From: Octopus bimaculoides
Taxonomy: Eukaryota
Direction of reading: 5' to 3'
Assembly (NCBI RefSeq): GCF_001194135.2
Contig: NC_068981.1
Location: forward strand, 55,725,031-55,789,030
Length of the DNA stretch: 64,000 nt
In this document: one piece after another, positions 24,504 through 36,850 of the stretch
Layout of the letters: each line of letters opens with the position of its first letter
Position numbering within the stretch: position 1 is the stretch's first letter
Notes under the pieces: generated by a model
Databases searched by the model: none
Told to the model about the DNA's origin: nothing
The model's input: the letters and a program-made list of their open reading frames with translations, nothing else
Position numbers and translations under genes: made by a program

Positions 24504-24959
24504 TTCCCTATGGTCAGACGTATTTTTATGGAAAACTAGAAACGGGAAAATTCACCTGTATGATGGTGATGCTTGTTTTACAGCCATCACATGTCAAGAC
24601 AAGTTACACAAACACACATATATATAATGGGCTTCTTTTTAATTTCTTCTACCAAATCCACTCAACCTGGGGCTCTAAAAGAAGACAATGGCTGAAGGTG
24701 GCATGCAGTGGAACTGAATGCTGAACCATGTGGTTGGGAGGGAAGCTTGCTTCATAACCATGTGGTTTCAGGTAGAATCCCAATGCATGACACTTTGGCA
24801 AGTGTCTTTTACTATAGGTGGGAGAGAGAGAGAGAACAGGACTGATTGGCAGATAGAATGCTTTGCTCTCTGCACTCTGAGTCCATATCCCACTGATGTT
24901 AATCTGTTTTCCATTCTTTCATGATTGTTAGTGACAGCTGTAGTTTTTAGTTCCATACC

Positions 24960-25292
24960 TTGTGCGGGTGGCACATGAGATGCACCATTTTGAGCGTGGC
25001 CGTTGCCAGTACCACCTGACTGGCTCCCGTAGGATTTTCGAGTGAGATCATTGCCAGTGCCCCTGGACTGGCTTGTGCGGGTGGCACATAAAAGACACCA
25101 TTTCGAGCGTGTGACACGTAAAAGCACCCACTACACTCTCTGAGTGGTTGGCGTTAGGAAGGGCATCCAGCTGTAGAAACTCTGCCAAATTAGACTGGAG
25201 CCTGGTGTTGCCATCCGGTTTCACCAGTCCTCAGTCAAATCGTCCAACCCATGCTAGCATGGTAAGCGGACGTTAAACGATGATGATGATGA
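24960..25292 (+). repeat. (GAT)n-tailed RTE 3'-end repeat; other copies at about 14090-14235(+), 18630-18805(+), 28825-29070(+), 31690-31955(+), 33530-33730(+), 43440-43632(+), 43701-43890(-), 51520-51650(+), 62550-62720(-)
   Basis: Shared core ggttggc(a/g)ttaggaagggcatccagc...ccaacccatgccagcatgga...ttaaa(c/t)gatgatgat, the same as the LINE tail at 63600-63780. Confidence 0.88.
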
Positions 25293-26961
25293 CATATATG
25301 TATATTCTTTTATTTGATTCAGTCATTTGACTGCAGCCATGCTGGAGCACCGCCTTTAGTCAAACAAATCGACCCCAGGACTTATTCTTTGTAAGCCTAG
25401 TACTTATTCTATTGGTCACTTTTGCCAAACTGCTAAGTTATGGGGACGTAAAAATTTAAATTGTGTTCCAAACATCACATTAAATAAAAAAAAAAGTTGT
25501 TTTACAAAACCAGTCTAAATTCATGATTATTTTAAAATTTAATTGAAATGCATAAGGAATGTATTTTGGCTAGAAATATAGTAACGAAAGAGTTAAGCAT
25601 GCAATTAATAATTACAATGTTATTTTATGTGTGTGCACGTGTCAGTGGAAGCGGCAAAAATCTATAGGAAGTTGGTGTTTTAAGGTTCTGAGTTCACTAA
25701 ACTAGTTAACTTGGCCTTCTCATAATTAGTTAAGGAAAACTGAAAAACTTCTTTTTAAAATCTTTTGAGCAACTCGAATAAATAAAAGAAGAAATTATAC
25801 TAAGTATCTACAGTAAGAATTAAGAGTACTGGGATTTCAACTTTTAGTATTATTATTATTATTCAGTTACCACAAAGGGTGTAAATATTCTGATCAGATA
25901 TTTATACAGTGTCTAGTTAATATTTTTTCCTTCTAAATTAAAATTCCACCACTGCTAAGGTTTGATTTAATTATAATCATGTTTGTACATAAAAAAAGAC
26001 ACCCTGCTCACAAAGTTATTTTGTTAGAGTAGGGCAACTAACTAGTCAGTGACATATAACAAAAGGCAAACTCCTTAAAGTTAAGATTCAATTCCTACTT
26101 GAAGCAATATTATTTCATTTAAGGTGCAAATACAAAAGGAATTTTGGCCACAAAATTTCTTTATTCTCCTCTCTCCCATAAATTAGTGAGTTTTACAACC
26201 CCATACATCTGAATAACACAAACTTCCTACTTAGGTTCTTGAGGTAAATAATGCACCTCATAAATAAATACTTCTTAATGCTTGAATTTTATCAAGACAA
26301 CAAAATTCTCAGCAATATTTACAGAATAAATACTGTAAAAGTAATTGCATACTTGAGAATATAATGTTAGTGTCATATCTCATGAAATTTTAGGATTTGC
26401 TTGTTAAATTATCATTCAATAATGAATAATTTTAAGATAATATAGTATTTTTGAGTAAAATGTAATGCACAAAAATAGTGAAAGAAAGTACAAGAGAAGC
26501 TGTATAAAATGTGAATACATGCAACAAAGAATTAAAATATTAATAGCAAAGAAACAAAATATTAGCAATGTAGCATGACTGAAAATCTATATGTAAGTTT
26601 GTAAGGCAAGTACAAATACTAACTGGTTCACATCCAGTTTTGAACAATTTTATGAAATAGCATGGTGTTTGTTCTTATCACCCTTCAGGGAAAAGAATAT
26701 TCAGAAAATCTAATTTAAATTATTTCTAATGTTCACATGATCCTGAAAACCTGGTGTTATTTATAGTGTAACACTGACCACTCCATCTGCTTACATAATT
26801 TCTTTCCCTTTGATTTCAGTTTACTATTGTTGACGTCAGAAATACAAATGCCTGCATCATCTATCGTAAAATCGAAACATTTCAGTTCTATAGTTAAGAG
26901 ATGAGGAATTATGTACATTATTTACATTTGATGGATATTTGTCCTCATTTTGTTTGTTATT

Positions 26962-27007
26962 AACACAATGTTTCATCTGATATACTCTCCAGCTTTCATC
27001 AGGTGTC
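26962..27007 (-). ncRNA. Minimal hammerhead motif in the left (inverted) terminal repeat, mutated
   Basis: Minus strand: GACAC-CTGATGA-a-AGCTG(gagagtatat)CAGAT-GAAA-C-ATT-GTGTT. Confidence 0.65.
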
Positions 27008-27060
27008 TTGGTGAAATTTTGAACCTGGGTTCTCATTCTTAAGGTATTTTTCGATGTTGC

Positions 27061-27107
<47 letters not shown>

Positions 27108-28289
27108 TTACTGGTGAAGCATTATCGGTGATTCAAGAAAAACTGGTGACAGACACCCATCTAAAAGAACACACTAGTATACCAATATAAGAAACTTGAT
27201 GGAAATGTTGACCTTCTGTGTAGAAACCACCTATTTAAGTATGGACACTGATATATATCGACAAGAGGGTTTAGCTGTGGGTTCGCCATTATCACTGATA
27301 ATAGCCAATATATACATGGAATACTTTGAGAATTTGGCTTTAGGATCAACACCACTAAAATCAACCCTATGGCTGTGATATGTTGATGACACCTCTATTC
27401 TCTGGCCCCACCAAGAAGATGTCCAAGTGCTGTTAGATCATGTGAACTCAATAAAGCCATCCATACAGTTCACAATGGAAAAGGAAAAAGACAATCAGCT
27501 AGCATTCCTGGACGTATTAATAACATGCACCAAGTATGGCTTCAGGACATCTGTATACTGCAAGCCGACCTTCACTGGACAATACCTTAACTTCAATTCC
27601 AACTATCCATACAGTGTGAAGAGAGGAATTGCTCAGTTCCTAAAACATTGAGCAAAGAATATAATAAGTGATTGCGATACCTGCCACAAAGAAATGATCA
27701 AGCTCAGTAACAATCTATTGAGCAACAACTACCCCAAAAACATACTATCTACTCCAATTATGAAGAAAAGAGAGGATGAAACCAATAAACTGTCTACTCT
27801 ATGTGAAAGGCCTCTCCGAAAAAGATATGTGGCCCATATGACATCAGGACAGTATTCAAGAGTAATACAACACTTCGCAAATACCTCCTTCAAGAAAAAC
27901 CACCAATAGAAGAGAATATGACCAAAGACTGCGTGTACTCAATCCCATGTAGCTGTGGTAGGTTATACAATGATGAACCATGCCGCCCCCACAAAATAAG
28001 TGTAGATGAACATCGCAAAGCTGTGACACGAGGAGATATTGATAAATCAAGCATAGCTGATCATATATGGAAAAATGGAGACTACCCCCCAACCCTGTGG
28101 GATGAAATTAAAATAAAAGACATAGAACACCACTGGAAAATATGGAAACTAAAAGCAGCAGCACATATGCTAGGACACAACAACCTCCTAAACAGAGTGC
28201 AGATATGAATAGCATATGGGAACAGGTATTATGGAAGGAAAGGAAAATATTAGATTTATAAGCCCTAGAATTCACTCCATAATTGCCCA

Positions 28290-28363
28290 CGGGCATATGG
28301 TGTAGTGGTTAAGAGCACGGGCTACTAACCCAAAGATTCCGAGTTCAATTCCAAGCAGTGACC
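28290..28363 (+). repeat. tRNA-derived head (Pol III A and B boxes) at the start of the right terminal repeat
   Basis: A box TGGTGTAGTGG 28298-28308, anticodon-like arm gggCTACTAAccc, B box GAGTTCAATTCC 28341-28352, then (AAT)n; acceptor stem degenerate. Confidence 0.75.
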
Positions 28364-28436
28364 TGAATAATAATAATAATAACAACAACATCGAAAAATA
28401 CATTAGGAATGAAACCCAGGTTCAAAATTTCCCCAA

Positions 28437-28479
28437 GACACCTGATGAAGGCTGGAGGGTATATCAGCCGAAACGTGTT
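28437..28479 (+). ncRNA. Minimal type-I hammerhead ribozyme motif in the right terminal repeat (cleavage triplet deleted in this copy)
   Basis: GACAC-CTGATGA-a-GGCTG(gagggtatat)CAGCC-GAAA-C-GTGTT; stem I GACAC/GTGTT and a 5-bp stem II. Confidence 0.72.
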
Positions 28480-29941
28480 AACAACAAACAAGATGAGGAC
28501 AAATATAAGTCAAATGTAAATGATTTATTTCAGTATTTTTTTTTATCCTGAGAAAGGAAACTATAAAATGCTTTTTGAGATAAGATGGTGTGAGCTATAC
28601 AGTACACATCATTTGCACTGGGTAACCCCCCCCCCACTCAAATTACAGTTAAGTAAGAAGTCTACATGACAAAAAGAATACTTTTAGCAGCATTTCTTCT
28701 GACTTTGCAGTCTGAGTTCAAATGTTACCAGGGTTGGCTTTGCCTTTTATTATTCCTGGTTGATAAAATAATTACCAGGTAAGTATGGGATCAATGCAAT
28801 TGACTTACCGCTTCCCCTGAAATTTCCGTGCCAGTGGCACGTAAAAATCACCATTTCAATGGGGCCAGTGCTGCCTGACTGGCACCTGTGCCAGTGACAC
28901 GTAAAAAGTGCCCACTAAAGTCTTGGTTGGTGTTAGGAAGGGCATCCAGCTGTGGAAACCTTGCCAGATCAGATTGGAGCCTGGTGCAGCCTCCTGGCTT
29001 GCCAGTTGTCAGTGAAACCATCTAAACCAAGCTAGCATGGAAAGAGGACGTTAAACAATGATGATGATGATTGTGTATTTCATCCTCATTTTTTGCCAAC
29101 ATGGATTGAATGGTTGCGAAAATTTGAATTTTTAGAGAAATTGTTGTAACTAATTTCTGTCAGCTGGGTATTCTTCCCAGCACTAACTAGTCAATAAAAG
29201 AGAGGGCACAGTACTAAGGGTTTTTTTTTTTACAAGAAAGCAATGTATATTATCAATATACAATATTTGTAAAAGACCCCCATTCAGTAACTATTACATT
29301 AAACCAATAGAGTAGTAATTAGTTGTAAAAATAACAAACAAGATGGAAAACTTCCAAATAGACTTATTCATTTTATAAGTAAAATAAAATTTCATATGGG
29401 CAAATTGTGCTAAGGTAGAGGTTTACTAGAATATTAAATGTATATTGTTGATTCATTTAAATTTTATACTTTATATCAGCAATTGCCATTACTATCTCCC
29501 TTAGTTGCAAAGTAGCTTTTTGAACTTGTTCCCTCTGTTCTATAATTTTACAACTACCTACAGTGCTAGATCCTCAGTAAACCTTCCCCCCACTGAGCAT
29601 CTATCACATGAGAAGTTCTAGTTATCTGTCTCACTTACTAGAGATCTCACATTTTTGGTGTACCCACTGCTTGCACTGACTGCATTGTATTGAATTTCTA
29701 CCAATTCATTACCTACTTTTCAAGGTGATTTCCCAAACAGAATTAATATGTTGTGCTATTGCTCCCCCACCTCTCTCTCTCTCACACAAATACACATGAA
29801 CATTTATTTCTAACAGTAATTCATTCTTACTTATAATGCCACTATGTCAAGGATTAATTGGTATATAAACACAACAAATTTGGTAAATAATTCAGAAACT
29901 ATTTTGACAGGAAACATGCAAAATAACACAGCTGTACTCAC

Positions 29942-30084
29942 CATGTTTGTACATGCTGTCGCTAACATCATATATTTAGGGTTGAACTGGACACATTGAA
30001 CTGGACCTGGATGGTCAGCACTGAGCATGGCAACTTTGCTGCCTGTTTCTGTGCTCCAACAATAGATTTTACCATCGGTAGATC
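29942..30084 (-). CDS. WDR82: WDR82 exon 8 (143 nt)
   Basis: Poly-T tract, ttttag| GSTDGKIYCWSTETGSKVAMLSADHPGPVQCVQFNPKYMMLATACTNM |GTGAGT. Confidence 0.96.
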
Positions 30085-30104
30085 CTAAAAATAAATTTGA
30101 AAAG

Positions 30105-30137
<33 letters not shown>

Positions 30138-30548
30138 ATTTTACAAGATATTTTTTAAATAAAATTACAAGTAGGGTTTAAAATATACTAAAATGAATTG
30201 ATTTCTTTTACAATATTTTGAAAACTGAAAAGGCTAAAAGCAACAATGTAAGCAATTCATTAAAAAAACTTTAGATCTAATTTTTATTAATTTTGTAGAA
30301 CCATTAATAATAAAAAGGTAATTAACAAATAGCTTTAAGTACCATTTCTCTACAGCTAAATGCATTTATTGAGACATCTAATTATGGCATATAATTCTTT
30401 TTACATCCATTTAATGATGCTCTAAATATAGAGCTGATGTTTTAGAATAATTTTCAAATTTTCATTATGTACTCATAAAAGCACATCCCTTCAACATTGC
30501 TTGTGACAAAATGTCATAAGCACTGTAGAGAGATTAGTTGTTACTCAC

Positions 30549-30618
30549 CAGAAAAAACAAACTGAGAATCTGGACTGAAAGAAGCTTCTAATGGGATTCC
30601 TTTGTTATTAATGTGTCC
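30549..30618 (-). CDS. WDR82: WDR82 exon 7 (70 nt)
   Basis: tttttag| GHINNKGIPLEASFSPDSQFVFS |GTGAGT. Confidence 0.96.
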
Positions 30619-31355
30619 CTAAAAAGAAATTTAAATACAAATTGTTTAAGACATCAATACAATATTTCAATGACCGAATACATTAATATGGTTGGTAGCA
30701 ATCAGTTAAGATGATCATTAAAACATATTTTAATTCTTTTCAGTAGGACCCTTATTTATCCTACTCTCCTGATTCTTAGAAACTTATACTTTAGGAAAGC
30801 AACAAAGCAAAGTTAAAAGTTATATTAAAATATTCAAACACAAATAGACAACATAATATATTAAGAACTATAAAAGTATAATCTTTTCAACAGCCTAGTT
30901 TAAAAAAATATTCTTGACAACAGAAGTAAAATTCTATATCAATTATTTTGCTCTAATGACAATACATAAATTTAGTATTTTGCTTAGAATATGTGGTGCT
31001 TGTGGCGTTATGGGTTGTGATGAGCTATGTGGTGTTGGTGGAGGATTGCAGATGAGGCAAATGGAAGTGAAGACTGCAGGGGCTGGCAGAAGAGCCATGG
31101 GGGGGCATGTGTGGGCACAAAGCATGTGCAGGCAGTTCGATGAGAGACAACGCGTGTGAAAGGTCGTGTTTTTATATGGTCAGTAATCGCTCATCCCACC
31201 ACGGTCAACAGGTAAGGTCTCTGTATTTCTTTCTCCCTTTTGCTTCTTTTTCTGTTGTCTTTTTCCTCCATCACGCTACAGAATACAAAAGAACTGTTTG
31301 CAAGATGGACTAGGTAGAGGAATGGTAAAAGTACATGAAAAGAGATCACACTTAC

Positions 31356-31511
31356 TGTGAATGTGTGCAAAGGAGTTCCTTGGAAAGCATCTATCAAGCG
31401 AATCACTTGAGCATTAGTTGAAATCAGAATTAATTTACCATCAGGACTAAATTTCATACCAGTCCAATCACAGTCCTTATCCTGATTCAATTTGAATGTT
31501 GTAAAGGGACC
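31356..31511 (-). CDS. WDR82: WDR82 exon 6 (156 nt)
   Basis: ttttcag| GPFTTFKLNQDKDCDWTGMKFSPDGKLILISTNAQVIRLIDAFQGTPLHTFT |GTAAGT. Confidence 0.96.
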
Positions 31512-32067
31512 CTGAAAATAACAATAGAATGGCAGAAATATTAATGGCATTTCTTGGTTGTGTTTGTTTACCATAGCTAAGTTCTATATAGTAGCAATAT
31601 AAAATAATTTTTTTATATTTGTAGATCTGGCAATTTGCTGTACTGGAGAAGACACATCAAGCTAAGAAAATTTTGGTCATCAATACATACAAGTATGACT
31701 TTTATGGCCATGCCCCCACTCCCTCTCCCAGCTGAGAGGCCTTTATCTTGCAGGTGTCAGTGCCATGTAAAAGCACTCATGTTGGTAGCATGTAAAAAGC
31801 ACTCAGCACACTGTAAAGTGATAGGCATCAGGAAGGGTATCCAGCTATAGAAACCATGTCAAAACAGACAACTGGAGCATGAACAGCTCTCTGGCTGGCC
31901 AGCACCACTCAAACTGTTCAACCCATGCCAGCATGGAAAACAGATGGATGATGATATACAAAATTCTTAAGTAATAATTACTTGAATTAAAAAAACAAAA
32001 CAATTTATACAAAGTTAGTAGTACTTCTTGCACAAAGTTAATCAACAAATAACAAAATGTTTATCAC

Positions 32068-32184
32068 CTTATCAAATGATCGAAGATCATACAGCTTGAC
32101 ACACTCAGAATTAATGCCAGCAGCAAATATCAAACCTTCAGGATCAAATGCTGCTACAGGCCGACCTGGTAAGTGCATTAATCC
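32068..32184 (-). CDS. WDR82: WDR82 exon 5 (117 nt)
   Basis: ttttcag| [39 protein letters not shown] |GTGATA. Confidence 0.96.
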
Positions 32185-32309
32185 CTGAAAAATAATAAAA
32201 AATTAATAACAGAATTAGTTTATCAAATTAAATCAGAGTTGTGAAATTCTAATGGAAATAATAAACAAGACTAAATAAGAAAGAAAAACAAAAAATGTGT
32301 AAACACTAC

Positions 32310-32409
32310 CTGGCAGTTTTGAGAACGCAGATCCCACAAACGAATCGTTTTATCTAATGAGCCAGAAAGGAACGTGTCGTCTATTGGAGACATACATAAT
32401 GTAACTACC
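32310..32409 (-). CDS. WDR82: WDR82 exon 4 (100 nt)
   Basis: gtattag| [34 protein letters not shown] |GTAGTG. Confidence 0.96.
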
Positions 32410-32574
32410 CTAATACAATAAAAGAAAACCACACATGAGCAATATAGAGAATTTAAAAATGCAATTTTATTGTAAACAAATATTTTGTACTACTTAAGTA
32501 TTACATAATAGATTTAACTTGAAAATTACTGCAATAACATTTATAACTAATTAAAAATTTCTTCATTATAATCT

Positions 32575-32797
32575 AACCATTTAGTACTCAGATTACTTTG
32601 TCAAATCTAATGCTTATTTATTCACATTGTCTTGAATTAATCATACATTATCTCATAGCTTTGAGATTTCAGTGATGTGATTGTTTATTTTTACTATGAC
32701 ACTGTAGAAGTGTGAAATGTTGGATCTGGCCAGTTTAAACATAAAAGAGGCAGAATATTTTGGCCACATATGGTTGGTTTAAATGCTAAAGAGTTAA
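32575..32797. mobile_element. TTAA-flanked MITE, family B; second copy at about 48285-48495
   Basis: taaccatttagtactcagatta...tttaaatgctaaagagTTAA; internal gcttatttattcac and tgattgtttattt shared between copies. Confidence 0.65.
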
Positions 32798-32864
32798 ACT
32801 ATCTTAAATAGTTACTATCATTAAACAAATTAAATATAACTTAAAAATTTAAGTGTTTACTTAC

Positions 32865-32931
32865 TTTTTTGAATGTCCAGGAAAATATCTGATGTACTTA
32901 TTATCATGGAGTGATAAGTATCTGATTGTAT
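32865..32931 (-). CDS. WDR82: WDR82 exon 3 (67 nt)
   Basis: cttcttcag| [22 protein letters not shown] |GTAAGT. Confidence 0.96.
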
Positions 32932-34849
32932 CTGAAGAAGAAAAACTGGTATTTAGATAAATAATTCTACACACAGACACATCAGAATCACATGAAATCA
33001 ATAAGATCTTATTGTTAAAAAAATAAATTTAACTTTGAACAGTTGCCAAACTAGGACCAGCATGTCAATAACCTGACCACTTCTAAGCACCTATCTACCT
33101 AAGAATCCAGAAACCAGTCTTTCCATGTGAAAACTTGATTATTCCTCCAAAATAATGTGTATTTTCATCATAAAATGTATTGTAATATCTTATCTTTTAC
33201 TTGCTTCAGTTATTGGATTGCAGCCATGTTGAGGCACCACTTTGAAGGCTGAACAAATTGACCTGAGTACATATTTTATCATTAAGCTTGGTACTTACTC
33301 TATCAGTCTGTTTTTGCAGAACTACAAGATTATGAGACATAAACAAACCAATACTAGATACCTGCTCTTTTTCTCTCATATTGATCTTGTACCTCGAGCG
33401 TATGCCCTCACCATCTCCCTCTCTTTCTAACTTTCAGCCTCTCAGCAAGACACCTGTTCCTTTCTCTCTATTATACTTTCACATCCTTCAATACTATACC
33501 ACACTAAGTTGTGGGATCTTGTCTTGTGAGCAGTTGGTGACTTCATAGCTGGTGCTATGAAAAATGCACCCAGTACACACTATAAAGTGGTTGACATTAA
33601 GAAGGGCATCCAGCTGTAGAAACCTTACCAAAGCAGACATCTGAGCTCAATGCAATCCTCTGGAACATTAGTTCCTGTTGAACCATCTGATATGTCAGCA
33701 TGGAAAAAGGGATGATAAATGATGATGATAATTCCACAGTTTCTGTCTATTAAATCTACTTACAAGGTCTTGATCAGCTTCGGGTTATTGTAGAAGACAC
33801 TTGCCCAAGGTGCCACATGATGGGACTGATCCTACAACCACGTGGTTGCAAAGCGAGCTTCTTAACCATAGAAAAAAGTTCGAGTTTTTCTCAAGGATCT
33901 CATTTCAGCTCTCTTTAGATATATTGTTAGAGTTAAAACACGATTCAAAAGAGACAATAATTAATAATTCAAATTTTATGGGTAAATTTCTAGCTTGTGC
34001 AGTTAAGTCCACATGCCATTGGAGAACAAGCTTTTATAAGTCAGAAATTGCCCACCAACTGTGAGGCAGCAATTAAAAGTAATCTCAATCTGCTTTTCAA
34101 GAAACAACTTTTTAAATAAATTTTTTTTAATATATCTGGTCGGTGATATCCTTTTTTATTATTTACCCTTTTCTCACTTCTGCTAACAAAACAACATAAG
34201 TGTTGTGTGTTTGTATTGTTACTGTTATTGACACTGCATTTTGAGTGTTGATGTGATAGCAACATGAAAGTTAAACTCTTTTGGAACAAGCCAACTGCAA
34301 TGGCATTTAGTAGCGCAACCTCTCATGAGTAATACAAGCATGAACCTATAGTATATAGAGTGGAGTTTCTCAGACTTGATGTTACTCTTTTGAGTTCAAA
34401 AGAAAAATGAAAATTATCGCAATATAAAATCAGCCCAGTTGTAGAAATTGCCAGATGGTGAGGTATGAGTGTCGAACTACAAGTGTGTATTTATATTTTA
34501 GGAACTACACCCTTAAATTTATACTATGATTCTATGCTCATCATCTAGATACCAAGTGAACATGCAATTGTCACTATTTGAAAGCATGCTATGTATTTAG
34601 AGGTATAATTAGTAAAGCGTAAACACACATACTAGAAGTTCTCAGCTAGCACATACTGAACAATCACTTTAATCTGCTTAAAACCCTGAGCAGTATCTCT
34701 TAACTAACTCATGGCATAACATTCATATGCTATCCATTTAGATTACTAGCTTACACTGCCACAACCATTCCAGTTAAATATATTGATATTTTTATACACA
34801 GGTGCCATTTGACTCACTTTTAGCAAATCCTTTTTAAAATTTCATTTTC

Positions 34850-35205
34850 ATGCACAGGGGCAATAAACAGATCCCATCACATGGCAGTGGGAAAAACTAG
34901 AAGTAGTTGATAGCTTCCGCTACCTAGGTGACCAAGTCTGTAGTGGGGGTGGATGCTCAGAGAGCATTACCACTAGAATAAGAATAGCCTGGGCAAAGTT
35001 CAGAAAGCTCCTATCTCTACTGGTGACAAAGGGTCTCTCACTCAGAGTGAAAGGTAGATTGTACGATGCATGTGTACAAACTGCCATGCTTCATGGCAGT
35101 GAAACATGGGCCGTGACTGCTGAAGACATGTGTAGGCTCGAAAGAAATGAAGCTAGCATGATCCGCTAGATGTGTAATGTTAGTGTGCACACACGACAGA
35201 GTGTG
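34850..35205 (+). mobile_element. RTE LINE fragment in WDR82 intron 2
   Basis: EKLEVVDSFRYLGDQV...RIRIAWAKFRKLLSLLVTKGLSLRVKGRLYDACVQTAMLHGSETW. Confidence 0.88.
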
Positions 35206-36460
35206 TGTGTGTGTGTATATATATATATGGATTTATGACTTTGGTACAAGTCTAGACATCTGTAGGAAGGAGATATAGATGATTGAATCAATCCTGGTAT
35301 ATTATTGAAATATAATTTTACTTACTTCTAAAAGATGAATGTTGAATTCAAGCCCAGCCAGATTTGAACTTAGAACATTAATACCACAAAAAAATTGAGT
35401 CAACCACTCATATATATAAAACTTTTGTAACAATACAAATACAGCTAAGTGAATAGTAGACATCTTTTATCTTTTACCTTTTATTTGTTTCAGCTATTAA
35501 ACTGGCCATGCTGGGGCACTGCCCTGAAGAATTTTTAGTTGAATGAATCAACCCCAGTACTTTATTTTTTTAAGCCTGGTACTTATTCTATCAGTCATTT
35601 TTGATAAATTACTAAGCTACGGGGACATAAACACACCAAAAACAGTTGGGGACAAACACAGACATACATACAATGAGCTTCCTTCAGTTACTGTCAACCA
35701 AATCCACTCACAAGGCTTTAGTTGGCCTGAGATTATACTACAAGACACTTGCCTAAGGTGCCTCACAGAAGGACTGAACCTGGAACCATATGGTTAGGAA
35801 GTAGACTTCTTACCACACGGCCAGATAGAGAAAAACAAAATTAGGCATTTAAATTGCAGCAAGAGAAGTATATCTTAAATCTGCTTTCAGCAAAAGGAGA
35901 TTCTTGCATATATTGTAGAAACTCCTAATATAGTTAAGCATATTTACCTGGTAAAGGATTTCTAATTGCAGTGAATTTCATGACATGAACTGTAATACAA
36001 AACAACCTTCTAAGCCCTTAGACTCATAAAATTCACCTACAACCTATTCACAGTTATGGCTACGTTATGTGGCTTGGCCTTAAACACAACACATTACCCT
36101 TCAAGCAATTATCTAACACACTACCAACATAGCAGCTGGCTACAGCTTCCTTTCTTGGGGGAGTTAATTTTCCTCATCAGGATTGTATGTTCTAACACAA
36201 CAATTGCAAGAAAATATTCTACTGGATAATTATTTGTAAAAACTTTTTGTTTCCATTTACTTAAATCAGACAAACTTGAAGCACCATTAACAAGAGCATT
36301 CCTTAAATTATATTGCAAATTCATTTAGCCTATGAAAAGCAAACTGAGAACTTAATTAAAAGTGTTGGTCATTGTGAAATTTTCAAGAGCCACTCTAAAT
36401 TAAATGCATCTGAAGACCACACAGTCATCATCATTTAACATCAAGAAAAAAAATTAAAAC

Positions 36461-36850
36461 TAGGCGTAGGAGTGGCTATGTGGTAAGTAGCTTGCTTACC
36501 AACGACATGGTTCTGGGTTCAGTCCCACTGCGTGGCACCTTGGGCAAGTGTCTTCTACTATAGCCTCAGGCCGACCAAAGCCTTGTGAGTGGATTTGGTA
36601 GACGGAAACTGAAAGAAGCCCGTCGTATATATGTATGTGTGTATATGTTTGTGTGTCTGTGTTTGACCCTCCAACATCACTTGACAACTGATGCTGGTGT
36701 GTTTACGTCACCGTAACTTAGTGGTTCGGCAAAAGAGACCGATAGACTAAGTACTAGGCTTACAAAGAATAAGTCCTGGGGTTGATTTGTTCGACTAAAG
36801 GCGGTGCTCCAGCTTGGCCGCAGTCAAATGACTGAAACAAGTAAAAGAAA
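36461..36850 (+). repeat. tRNA-derived SINE, near full length; partial copies at about 14290-14540, 24400-24810, 25295-25450, 33170-33360, 33725-33870, 35470-35825, 42660-42820, 48180-48290, 49300-49500
   Basis: A box TGGCTATGTGG, B box GGTTCAGTCCC, CORE-like ccttgggcaagtg, internal (TA/TG)n, tail ...aaatgactgaaacaagtaaaag. Confidence 0.85.

Larger units (their letters stand above)
26884..28521 (+). mobile_element. Penelope-like element (Penelope/Poseidon-type), 5'-truncated RT plus GIY-YIG, flanked by inverted terminal repeats
   Basis: GLAVGSPLS, YVDD (27379-27390), IQFTMEKEKDNQLAFLDV, KPTFTGQYLNFNS, CVYSIPCSCG...EHRKA. Segment 26930-27112 is the reverse complement of 28356-28521. Confidence 0.9.

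Noticed and set aside
28290-28363. Functional tRNA gene (also the head at 36470)
   Set aside because: Acceptor stem does not pair and the sequence runs into repeat body; SINE-type head.
34050-34345. Fragments resembling miR-216 (taatctca, caactgtga) and miR-12 (tgagta-tac)
   Set aside because: Pieces are short, out of order and not in a hairpin; conserved miRNAs would match almost fully.
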